A stretch of DNA of 64,000 bases from Laetmonice hystrix (taxonomy: Eukaryota). Shown in pieces: positions 13,251-24,515 of the stretch. Below the pieces are notes generated by a model. That model saw only the letters and a program-made list of their open reading frames with translations, made no database searches and was not told the DNA's origin. The DNA lies in assembly GCA_965235115.1 (NCBI GenBank), contig OZ249436.1:46316001-46380000 (forward strand). The letters run 5' to 3'. Within the stretch, counting starts at the first letter, position 1; every line of letters begins with the position of its first letter. The position numbers were made by a program, and so were the translations under genes.

Positions 13251-14048
13251 GTGTGACACTGTAGCGTTTTCATTAACACATTCACCACAATACACGACGA
13301 TGGTTCGATGACATTAATCATCGCAACATGGGAATCAGAAGGCGAGATTTTCTCTCCCGACTTTACACAAACCACACGCCGGCACATGGACAGGAAGGTT
13401 GAGTTCATGTGGGAGTTGGCACTTCTGTAGTCAGCAAGGCAGTAACAGGTGATGTGGTCGTAAAAATTTGATGTGACAGTCTTCAAAGTTGTCGGTGTGA
13501 GGCAGGGGAGAAAAGGCGTAAGAAGTTTCTGTGGGAAGTCTGCTTAGTTGGCTGCTTGTCAGCATATTGAAGAGGTAACTGTCTAATACTTATCAGCTTT
13601 TGACAGTTAATTAGCAGCATGTGCTAAACGTTTGCGTGACAAGAGTCCAAGATAAGACAAGGCATTCTTTTTCCTAACAATAATATCAATTCTAGCAACA
13701 ATTAGTCACTCAGAGTGTGAAAAGTCTGACGTGTAAGGGGGGCCCTTTACTTCGTTAAGCACCCTGCTTGTCTTAGGTTCTTTGAGATTCATTATTATTG
13801 AGAAATTAATGGAAATATTTATCTACAAAGCCTTCAGTCTACCAAACCGCAAGTTGCCAAGGACATGCGAAATTGCGCAGTTTAAGGGATATTGTTCGAG
13901 GAAGGCATCTTAACGGGCGCTAGGCCATCAGTGTGTGGTGGCGATGATTACAGACCGTTTAATTAGAGTGGCTGCAGTTTGTGGCAGTGGCACCAGCATT
14001 CAGTTCTGGGCAGATCATCGGAGACAGACTCTGGGTCATTCTCGGTCA

Positions 14049-17000
14049 TATCTCTGTCCTCCCACTGCCAGCCACAGCACCGAGTGTCCACGACTGACCT
14101 GAGATCTCCTCGCACTGCCAGCCACAGCACCGAGTGTCCACGACTGACCTGAGATCTCTGTCCTCCCACTGCCAGCCACAGCAAGTGTCCACGACTGACC
14201 TGAGATCTCTGTCCTCCCACTGCCAGCCACAGCACCGAGTGTCCACGACTGACCTCTCCTCCCACTGCCAGCCACAGCACCGAGTGTCCACGACTGACCT
14301 GAGATCTCTCTCCTCCCACTGCCAGCCACAGCACCCAGTGTCCACGACTGACCTGAGATCTCTGTCCTCCCACTGCCAGCCACAGCACCGAGTGTCCACG
14401 ACTGACCTGAGATCTCTGTCCTCCCACTGCCAGCCACAGCACCGAGTGTCCACGACTGACCTGAGATCTCTCTCCTCCCACTGCCAGCCACAGCACCGAG
14501 TGTCCACGACTGACCTGAGATCTCTCTCCTCCCACTGCCAGCCACAGCACCGAGTGTCCACGACTGACCTGGGATCTCTGTCCTCCCACTGCCAGCCACA
14601 GCACCGAGTGTCCACGACTGACCTGAGATCTCTCTCCTCCCACTGCCAGCCACAGCAAGTGTCCACGACTGACCTGAGATCTCTCTCCTCCCACTGCCAG
14701 CCACAGCACCGAGTGTCCACGACTGACCTCCCACTGCCAGCCACAGCACCGAGTGTCCACGACTGACCTGAGATCTCTCTCCTCCCACTGCCAGCCACAG
14801 CACCGAGTGTCCACGACTGACCTGAGATCTCTCTCCTCCCACTGCCAGTCACAGCACCGAGTGTCCACGACTGACCTGAGATCTCTCTCCTCCCACTGCC
14901 AGCCACAGCACCGAGTGTCCACGACTGACCTGAGATCTCTCTCCTCCCATTGCCAGCCACAGCACCGAGTGTCCACGACTGACCTGAGATCTCTGTCCTC
15001 CCACTGCCAGCCACAGCACCCAGTGTCCACGACTGACCTGAGATCTCTCTCCTCCCACTGCCAGCCATAGCACCCAGTGTCCACGACTGACCTGAGATCT
15101 CTCTCCTCCCACTGCCAGCCACAGCACCCAGTGTCCACGACTGACCTGAGATCTCTCTCCTCCCACTGCCAGCCACAGCACCGAGTGTCCACGACTGACC
15201 TGAGATCTCTCTCCTCCCATTGCCAGCCACAGCACCGAGTGTCCACGACTGACCTGAGATCTCTGTCCTCCCACTGCCAGTCACAGCACTGAGTGTCCAC
15301 GACTGACCTGAGATCTCTCTCCTCCCACTGCCAGCCACAGCACCGAGTGTCCACGACTGACCTGAGATCTCCTCGCACTGCCAGCCACAGCACCGAGTGT
15401 CCACGACTGACCTGAGATCTCTCTCCTCCCATTGCCAGCCACAGCACCGAGTGTCCACGACTGACCTGAGATCTCTCTCCTCCCACTGCCAGCCACAGCA
15501 CCGAGTGTCCACGACTGACCTGATATCTCTCTCCACCCACTGCCAGCCACAGCACCCAGTGTCCACGACTGACCTGAGATCTCTGTCCTCCCACTGCCAG
15601 CCACAGCACCAAGTGTCCACGACTGACCTGAGATCTCTCTCCTCCCACTGCCAGCCACAGCACCAAGTGTCCACGACTGACCTGGGATCTCTCTCCTCCC
15701 ACTGCCAGCCACAGCACCCAGTGTCCACGACTGACCTGAGATCTCTCTCCTCCCACTGCCAGCCACAGCACCGAGTGTCCACGACTGACCTGAGATCTCT
15801 CTCCTCCCATTGCCAGCCACAGCACCGAGTGTCCACGACTGACCTGAGATCTCTCTCCTCCCACTGCCAGCCACAGCACCGAGTGTCCACGACTGACCTG
15901 ATATCTCTCTCCACCCACTGCCAGCCACAGCACCCAGTGTCCACGACTGACCTGAGATCTCTGTCCTCCCACTGCCAGCCACAGCACCAAGTGTCCACGA
16001 CTGACCTGAGATCTCTCTCCTCCCACTGCCAGCCACAGCACCAAGTGTCCACGACTGACCTGGGATCTCTCTCCTCCCACTGCCAGCCACAGCACCCAGT
16101 GTCCACGACTGACCTGAGATCTCTCTCCTCCCACTGCCAGCCACAGCACCGAGTGTCCACGACTGACCTGAGATCTCTCTCCTCCCACTGCCAGCCACAG
16201 CACCCAGTGTCCACGACTGACCTGAGATCTCTGTCCTCCCACTGCCAGCCACAGCACCGAGTGTCCACGACTGACCTGAGATCTCTGTCCTCCCACTGCC
16301 AGCCACAGCACCGAGTGTCCACGACTGACCTGAGATCTCTGTCCTCCCACTGCCAGCCACAGCACCGAGTGTCCACGACTGACCTGAGATCTCTGTCCTC
16401 CCACTGCCAGCCACAACACCCAGTGTCCACGACTGACCTCTCCTCCCACTGCCAGTCACAGCACCGAGTGTCCACGACTGACCTCCCACTGCCAGCCACA
16501 GCACCAAGTGTCCACGACTGACCTCTCCTCCCACTGCCAGTCACAGCACCGAGTGTCCACGACTGACCTCTCCTCCCACTGCCAGCCACAGCACCCAGTG
16601 TCCAGGACTGACCTCTCCTCCCACTGCCAGCCACAGCACCAAGTGTCCACGACTGACCTGAGATCTCTGTCCTCCCACTGCCAGCCACAGCACCCAGTGT
16701 CCACGACTGACCTGAGATCTCTGTCCTCCCACTGCCAGCCACAGCACCGAGTGTCCACGACTGACCTCTCCTCCCACTGCCAGCCACAGCACCGAGTGTC
16801 CACGACTGACCTGAGATCTCTGTCCTCCCACTGCCAGCCACAGCACTGAGTGTCCACGACTGACCTCTCCTCCCACTGCCAGCCACAGCACCGAGTGTCC
16901 ACGACTGACCTGAGATCTCTGTCCTCCCACTGCCAGCCACAGCACCGAGTGTCCACGACTGACCTCTCCTCCCACTGCCAGCCACAGCACCAAGTGTCCA

Positions 17001-17454
17001 CGACTGACCTGAGATCTCTGTCTTCCCACTGCCAGCCACAGCACCGAGTGTCCACGACTGACCTGAGATCTCTGTCCTCCCACTGCCAGCCACAGCACCG
17101 AGTGTCCACGGCTGACCTGAGATCTCTCTCCTCCCACTGCCAGCCACAGCACCCAGTGTCCACGACTGACCTCTCCTCCCACTGCCAGCCACAGCACCAA
17201 GTGTCCACGACTGACCTGAGATCTCTGTCCTCCCACTGCCAGCCACAGCACCAAGTGTCCACGACTGACCTCTCCTCCCACTGCCAGCCACAGCACCGAG
17301 TGTCCACGACTGACCTGAGTTCTCTGTCCTCCCACTGCCAGCCACAGCACCCAGTGTCCACGACTGACCTCCCACTGCCAGCCACAGCACCAAGTGTCCA
17401 CGACTGACCTCCCACTGCCAGCCACAGCACCCAGTGTCCACGAGTGACCTGAGA
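14049..17454. repeat. GC-rich 54-bp minisatellite, about 65 copies, with 40/45/50/51-bp deletion variants
   Basis: Unit GAGATCTCT(C/G)TCCTCCCACTGCCAGCCACAGCACC(G/C/A)AGTGTCCACGACTGACCT. Confidence 0.98.
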
Positions 17455-17496
17455 TTCCGCCAGAGGACGTGATAGCTATCACTTAGCTAATTGATT

Positions 17497-17601
17497 GTAG
17501 GATTGGGCGCATCACTGCCTCCTGTCTGCTGTCAACGAGACAGGCCAGTGTAGGATTGAGCGCATCACTGCCCGCTGTCTGCTGTCAACGAGACAGGCCA
17601 G
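17497..17601. repeat. 53-bp direct duplication
   Basis: GTAGGATTG(G/A)GCGCATCACTGCC..CTGTCTGCTGTCAACGAGACAGGCCAG at 17497 and 17550. Confidence 0.9.
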
Positions 17602-17886
17602 GTTACCCAGACATCGCTCAACGTATCCTGGATGGTCGACACCGGAAACAATGGAGGAAATACAGTAGTAACAAGCAAGATTCACCAATACTGAAACTGA
17701 AACGGAAAGCCCGTCATCTTAGGTGGTTTAAACTCACTACCTTTGCTGATCCACCGAGGAGTGGTGCCGCTCAGAATTCTGGTTGATTTTGCAGAGAGAA
17801 CAAAAATAGGAAACAAAGCTAGTAATGTATTAACACACTACAACACACTACAATATAGGGATACTTTATTGGAAGTCCTTATCTTC

Positions 17887-17945
17887 CTACGACCTGCTGC
17901 CTACGACCTGCTGCCTATGACCTGCTACCTATGACCTGCTGCCTA
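17887..17945. repeat. 14-bp tandem repeat, 4 copies
   Basis: CTA(C/T)GACCTGCT(G/A)C repeated. Confidence 0.9.
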
Positions 17946-18039
17946 ATCTTGGAATGTAGACAGGAATAATAACTCTCCCAGATAATGCCTATTTATCGGG
18001 TACAGTATACGGTCAACCAGTAGACGAGGCTTTTATTCA

Positions 18040-19870
18040 GGTAGGGACGATAAAAAAAACCCTGACTGGCCACCCGGCGTGCTGGCGCCGTCAGTCCAGC
18101 CACCGACTCTGACTGGGAGTTCATCGCTCGAGTTAATTGACCCTTTAAGTAGCGAACAAAATGTTGCAATTAAGTCCGAGTTGGCGGAGATTTGATGATG
18201 GAATGAATCATGATTGAGGGCGCTGGATCCTTTAGAAGAAGGACCTCCGGACCTAATATACGACGGCATTAGGTCGTCCTGCCTTTGTCCTTTTATAGAC
18301 GACTCCTGCCGGTGCTATTTTCCCAGGATGGTCCAGCAGTTGGAGTAGTGTGAGTCATAGAACGAAGGAGAACATGCCAGAACGGACCCGCAAATCACCA
18401 ACTGACAGCTTAAAGGTCCATTTGAAGAGGGCTGAAAGTCGGCTTTTAGACTTTGGCGGAGCAGGTGGGAGAGCGCGTGCTGGGAGGTCAGCAGAGCAGC
18501 AGATGACCAATAAGTGACCAGTCCAGGGGGTTTTGTTAAGGTGCTGTAGCATGGCCTGCCCTCCGCCCAGTGTGGGCGGGGTTGGCCAAGGGCATCCAGG
18601 CTTGAAATGAAACTGATGTAGTGAACCTCATGACACGCCCGCCCATGAAGCACCACCGGGTCGGGTCGCCCCTACCTCGGCCGAGCTGTGCGGTAGGACC
18701 GGCCCGACTCGCAGCCTCCCCCGGCCGAGTGGTGCGGTATTACCGGCCAGACCCCCTCCTCACCCCAGGCCGAGCAGTGCGGTATTACCGGCCAGACCCC
18801 CTCCCCACCCCAGACCGAGTGGTGCGGTGTTACCGGCCAGACCCCCTCCCATCCCCAGGCCGAGTGGTGCGGAGTTACCGGTCAGACCCCCTCCCCAGAC
18901 CGAGTGGTGCGGTATTACCGGCCAGACCCCCTCCCCTCCCCAGGCCGAGCAGTGCGGTATTACCGGTCAGACCCCCTCCCCAGGCCGAGTGGTGCGGTAT
19001 TACCGGCGAGACCCCCTCCCCTCCCCAGGCCGAGTGGTGCGGTATTACCGGCCAGACCCCCTCCCCAGGCCGAGTGGTGCGGTATTACCGGTCAGACCCC
19101 CTCCCCTCCCCAGGCCGAGTAGTGCGGTATTACCGGCCAGACCCCCTCCTCTCCCCAGGCCGAGTGGTGCGGTGTTACCGGCCAGACCCCCTCCCCAGGC
19201 CGAGTGGTGCGGTATTACCGGCCAGACCCCCCTCCCCAGGCCGAGTGGTGCGGTATTACCGGCCAGACCCCCTCCCCAGGCCGAGTGGTGCGGTATTACC
19301 GGCCAGACCCCCCTCCCCAGGCCGAGTGGTGCGGTATTACCGGCCAGACCCCCTCCCCACCCCAGGCCGAGTAGTGCGGTATTACCGGCCAGACCCCCTC
19401 GCCTCCCCAGGCCAAGTGGTGCGGTATTACCGGCCAGACCCCCTCCCCAGGCCGAGTGGTGCGGTATTACCGGCCAGACCCCCTCCCCTCCCCAGGCCGA
19501 GTGGTGCGGTATTACCGGCCAGACCCCCTCCCCTCCCCAGGCCGAGTAGTGGGGTATTACCGGCGAGACCCCCTCCCCCAGGCCGAGCTCACACCACGTC
19601 AGGTGATCAGCATGCCGGTGACCCGCCTCATCACACCCCGCCGACCACGGCCCGTCAGCCGGTCTGCTCGACCCACCTGCTTGCGTCCAGGTGATGGACA
19701 GCCCGCACACGTCCCACCTGGGGAATGACCAACCAGGCGCAGGTGTGGCCTGTAAACTAACAGTCACATGGCGCCATGACTGGCTCCAGTCGGGTGTCGG
19801 GGAGACGTCCGTAAGAAACAAGGGACACAATATTGTCACACCGTCACACGTCAGCCGAGCCCGAGTCAAG
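18040..19870 (-). mobile_element. Decayed DIRS/Ngaro-like relic (RNase H plus tyrosine recombinase) interrupted by a 39-44-bp array
   Basis: 'LFLTDVS' (LFTDAS) and 'DHLTWCEL' before the array; after it 'LVTYWSS...HLLRQSLK' (TYLS...LI...LKG), 'SPSFYDS', 'SYIRSGGP', 'VRVGGWTDGA' (LGRW.S.A). Confidence 0.5.
18720..19587. repeat. GC-rich 39/44-bp minisatellite, about 21 copies
   Basis: Unit CCCCAGGCCGAGTGGTGCGGTATTACCGGCCAGACCCCCT(CCCCT). Confidence 0.96.
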
Positions 19871-20256
19871 AAAATTACGCAACCAACAACATGTTGGTTT
19901 TGTTTGCAGACTGGCAGGAGAGCTTGGCAACCCGTCCATAAAAAAAATTATTTTTAATTTGGTAAAAATATGCAATTATGCAGCAGGGGATAATGGGGTT
20001 TTGTTACAGTTTTTTAAATAAAACAAATCTGTCAAAAAAGAAAACACCCCTGCAGTGTATCATGTCAGTTCACGTTCAAGAAATCATAGAAAACGCCTGC
20101 CGGATATTTGTATTGAAGATAATCTATAAATGTTATCAAGACATCGGGGGGGGGGGGACTTTGGACTTCATATTTAACACCCTGTAGGCCTACCCTAATC
20201 TGTGTGTGACCATCTGTAGCTCCAATTCCATCTACAAGACTTAGCAGTACATCGAG

Positions 20257-21148
20257 AAATAAAACAATATAGTATGACTGTTCATACCGTCCCTCTCATC
20301 TACACACAAAATAAAACAATATAGTATGACTGTTCATACCGTCCCTCTCATCTGCACACAAAATAAAACAATATAGTATGACTGTTCATACCGTCCCTCT
20401 CATCTACACACAAAATAAAACAATATAGTATGACTGTTCATACCGTCCCTCTCATCTACACACAAAATAAAACAATATAGTATGACTGTTCATCCCGCCC
20501 CTCTCATCTACACACAAAATAAAACAATATAGTATGACTGTTCATACCGTCCCTCTCATCTACACACAAAATAAAACAATATAGTATGACTGTTCATACC
20601 GTCCCTCTCATCTGCACACAAAATAAAACAATATAGTATGACTGTTCATACCGTCCCTCTCATCTACACACAAAATAAAACAATATAGTATGACTGTTCA
20701 TACCGTCCCTCTCATCTACACACAAAATAAAACAATATAGTATGACTGTTCATCCCGCCCCTCTCATCTACACACAAAATAAAACAATATAGTATGACTG
20801 TTCATACCGTCCCTCTCATCTACACACAAAATAAAACAATATAGTATGACTGTTCATACCGTCCCTCTCATCTGCACACAAAATAAAACAATATAGTATG
20901 ACTGTTCATACCGTCCCTCTCATCTACACACAAAATAAAACAATATAGTATGACTGTTCATACCGTCCCTCTCATCTGCACACAAAATAAAACAATATAG
21001 TATGACTGTTCATCCCGCCCCTCTCATCTGCACACAAAATAAAACAATATAGTATGACTGTTCATACCGTCCCTCTCATCTACACACAAAATAAAACAAT
21101 ATAGTATGACTGTTCATACCGTCCCTCTCATCTGCACACAAAATAAAA
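20257..21148. repeat. 52-bp minisatellite, about 17 copies, with 5-unit higher-order period
   Basis: Unit AAATAAAACAATATAGTATGACTGTTCATACCGTCCCTCTCATCT(A/G)CACACA. Confidence 0.97.
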
Positions 21149-22109
21149 AAAATTAAAATGCTAGAAAATAGCTGATGATCAGAGTAACATTGCTCGTATA
21201 AATGTAATTATGCCCCGTCTGGCGGCGGTTGTTAGCATCATTAGGAATTGGAAATAATCACAACCTTTGTGAAAGTCTTCAACGGAATGTCACTTACATC
21301 ATCTTCTGCTCGCGAAAGTTGTGATATCTGTTTGAAATTCGAGATGACAGCCTCGAATAATAACAGATTCAGGCTACATTCAACTCACAATAATGTTGTG
21401 TTACATAGCCAGACCTTTTTACATCACGTACCTTGTAATCCATTAAAAGGTAGATGGATCCTAAATGGCCTTTGCGAGAGATAGATTGACGTATCTTGAA
21501 TAACATCAAGAAAAATAGCAACTTTTAGTATAGGAGGAAGGGAATACGTTTGATGTGTATCCGATTGGGCCAATTCAACACCTAAAAGCTTTATCATATT
21601 GATCAAGGGAAAATCAAAGCAAAATGTTTCCATGATATTATCATCTCACAGTGGCCAACTACTTTGTGTCCTCATAATTGCTTGTAACGTTACCTCCGAT
21701 TTTTTCCCCTCTCGTATTGTAGTACTTATTTAACACAGCCAGGTGTGATTTGACGAGGGAAGTCCGCCTGAACAAAACTCGCCAGACCCCTGGATGGAAT
21801 CAGAGACGAATATTTATTCGGGAAGTAAAATGTTAACAAAGAAAGAAAGGGTCATTTTTTTACGTTGGAAAGTGAGGATTAATTGGGCTGTGCGTCAAAA
21901 ATAGGTACTTTCTTCTTGTAAAGTAACTCCGCGCGGACGATAATTCAGGTCGTTTACCTAATCGTCTACCGAATCTTATCCTCAAACATGTATTGGAGAT
22001 TCCCTTGGCCCATTAAGAATTTGAATTATGAAGTGTTTCAGATTTTTAGACATGTACATACACACAAACGTAACACTTCATTCCTGACAGTATGGAGTAC
22101 GGAGTACGG

Positions 22110-22355
22110 AGGCGCGTGTCCAGGGGGCCCAGGGGGGCCAGGGGGGCCCAGGGGGTCCGGACCCCCCTGCTCCAACAGAGCATTGATTTTTTTCTAAGCA
22201 ATCCCGCCGTTTTAAACCCGTTGAGCGATGAATCCACAAAATATAACGCCCTAAAATGGCCCCTAAATGGCGGAAAATCGCGTCTCAGAGCTTCTAATTT
22301 TTTAAAATTTCCTGAGACCTCCCCCCCCCCTGCTGAACATCCTAGACACGCGCCT
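22110..22355. mobile_element. MITE with AGGCGCGTGTC / GACACGCGCCT terminal inverted repeats (hAT-like CAGG-type end)
   Basis: 11-bp perfect TIR and G-run/C-run subtermini similar in style to the element at 53133; no clean target duplication visible. Confidence 0.65.
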
Positions 22356-24515
22356 GAGTAATACCCCATTCCCTACTCTTGATTCCTACTCCAGATTCAT
22401 CGTAACAGCGTACATGTCCCCTCCGTCACGAACAGGAACTACCGCTCACCGAGTTTCACCGACCATGCAAAGACTCCTCCAGTCGAGAAGTTGCTCGCCT
22501 TAATTACTGTATTCATGATTAATTAGCGGTTCCTGTGACGCATGCCTCTGTCCAATCAACAATTTATTGTTTTCATAAGGTAGACTCGGAGGATAGATCC
22601 AGCAAAACCAACATTATAAATGTTACCGTAGGGCACTCCACTGCGCGCATTTCGATCTCAGAACTAGAGGCAAACATTTATTGGCTGCCAGTGTGAGCTC
22701 ATGCGATGACGAAGTCTCCGCTGTACGCGATTGTTGTAATACACCGAAGAAGTGCAGTCATGTATTTGTATATAGACTTTGTTGGTTGAACAAAACAGCC
22801 CGGAATTTGGCATGGCGCTTTTTGCCTTGTTGCATGCAGAACATCTGCTCATTATATGGTTTTTGTGTCTCAGCCTCAAGAACACTTTATTTCTTTAATT
22901 AAATGTTGTATACCAAACTACTGTTTTGTCGGGAATCACTCATTCCGCTTCCTCAACGAGACTTTGCCCATTTATTTATTTGTTTTCAATTACATGAATT
23001 AAAAAAAGTATTTAAGAGTTTCTTCCGTAACTGGGTGTTTTTTTCATTTGTCGTTCGTTTTTCTTATATATAAAATAGGTTCCATTCTCATTCCCTTACA
23101 TCGGCGTTTCATTATTCTAGGATATTTCCTTTTCGAATATGCTGCACCATAGGATAATAAACTTGCGCCCCACAATCACAACCAGATTGAAGAGCTTTAG
23201 TTAATCTTCCAAAAAATCATTCATCCCAAGAACATGGTTCTCTTTTAGCTGGTTTCCATGATAGAAAAAAGAAAAACGCCCTGGGCGGAGAAGCAGTTTA
23301 TTCCACCTACAGATGAGCAATCACCGTACCGTGTCCTCAGTCATGCATGCAAATATTTTGTTTGTCTTCGCCAGACAAAGAATTGCGGTGAACACGAGGG
23401 GTCATTGTTTGTAGCAATCAGAGGTTCACCCCTGGTCACTAAGGGTCAGCATCTTACTTTATGAGCTGTTTGATTGGCGAACCTGGCAACGGTGTGACAG
23501 GTATGGAAGAGGGAAACACTCATAAACAATTCGCCTTATCACAAAATGCACATCTGTACCGCTTAGAACAGAAGGGCAAATTATTATTGCCATTTAAACT
23601 TGGCTCAGTGCTTCAGTGTGCCCTGTACATGAGACATCAATACGTTTATTCAGACAGGGATCTTTGGGTGGACTATTTCCCCTTCTTGGCTCTGAGCTCG
23701 AACGACTTGAACTGGGTATCATGTCAGTGCTTACGTGAGCAGTTGTGCTCGATCAGCACGAAAAGAGGCTCTGAATTAGGTCGGCCATAGATATGGGAAC
23801 AGTAAGCGGTCAATAGATGACCCTGTGATTTTACAATATGTGGTTCGATCATTGCATGTGCTTTCAATATTATTTTAAAGAATTCTGTGTTCAACCAAAT
23901 GGAAAACAGGGGCAGATTAAAATGCTTTTCAAACGCGTCAAGAAGTACATGTACCTTAATGCAAACGTTACAGAGGAATTACGTGGTAAATCTGACCAGA
24001 AAGAAGTTTGTGAAATGCTCTTTGTACCGAAAAGCTAGTTGTATACTGGTGACAGCTGGCATGTGAGCGGCGCCCTGAGCAATTATTGACTGGTTGATAA
24101 TGCCTCTAACGTCTTCAACATACACCGTGCTGGCCTTCTATATCCTGTTGGTACTACTCTGCTAACCTCTCAAGTCCCACCACCTTGACAACTGGTGGCT
24201 GTATAGATTCTACAGTATATTCAGAGCAAGACATAATACTCTAGGTTACCTAATCATACTGACGTGAACATAATCACTTAATATAGACAAGAGAACATTG
24301 TTTAGACTTGAGGTCGGATCTGAATGATCCTAGATGAGGGCATCCATACCCAGGTCTATTATATGCATGACGGTTCGTATGACCAGAGACGTAGATTATA
24401 TTCAGTGTAGGTCTATGGTATGACTAAGGGATCAAGAAAGGATCACGACTTTACTTAGATCTATATGTAAGGCAAGCAGGTCTAAGATTAAAGTGACCTC
24501 ATGCAAGGGGAAAGG

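Larger units (their letters stand above)
13990..17740 (-). mobile_element. Decayed tyrosine-recombinase (DIRS-like) C-terminal relic interrupted by the 54-bp array
   Basis: 'FKPPKMTGF' (LK.SKTD.F), 'LFPVSTIQDTLS' (CPV.A...YL), 'PVSLTAD...QSYNQLAK' (PLF...DG...F...LK), then 'ISGHSWTLGA' (SGHSFRIGA) at the array boundary. Confidence 0.45.

Noticed and set aside
13963..17482. Very long ORFs (828, 1131, 417 aa) as real repetitive proteins
   Set aside because: Open in several frames on both strands because the 54-bp unit lacks stops; no ATG context, splice signals or unique domains, and units shift frame freely.
18621..19869. Pro/Arg-rich ORFs of 240-357 aa
   Set aside because: Derived from the GC-rich minisatellite with frame-shifting units.
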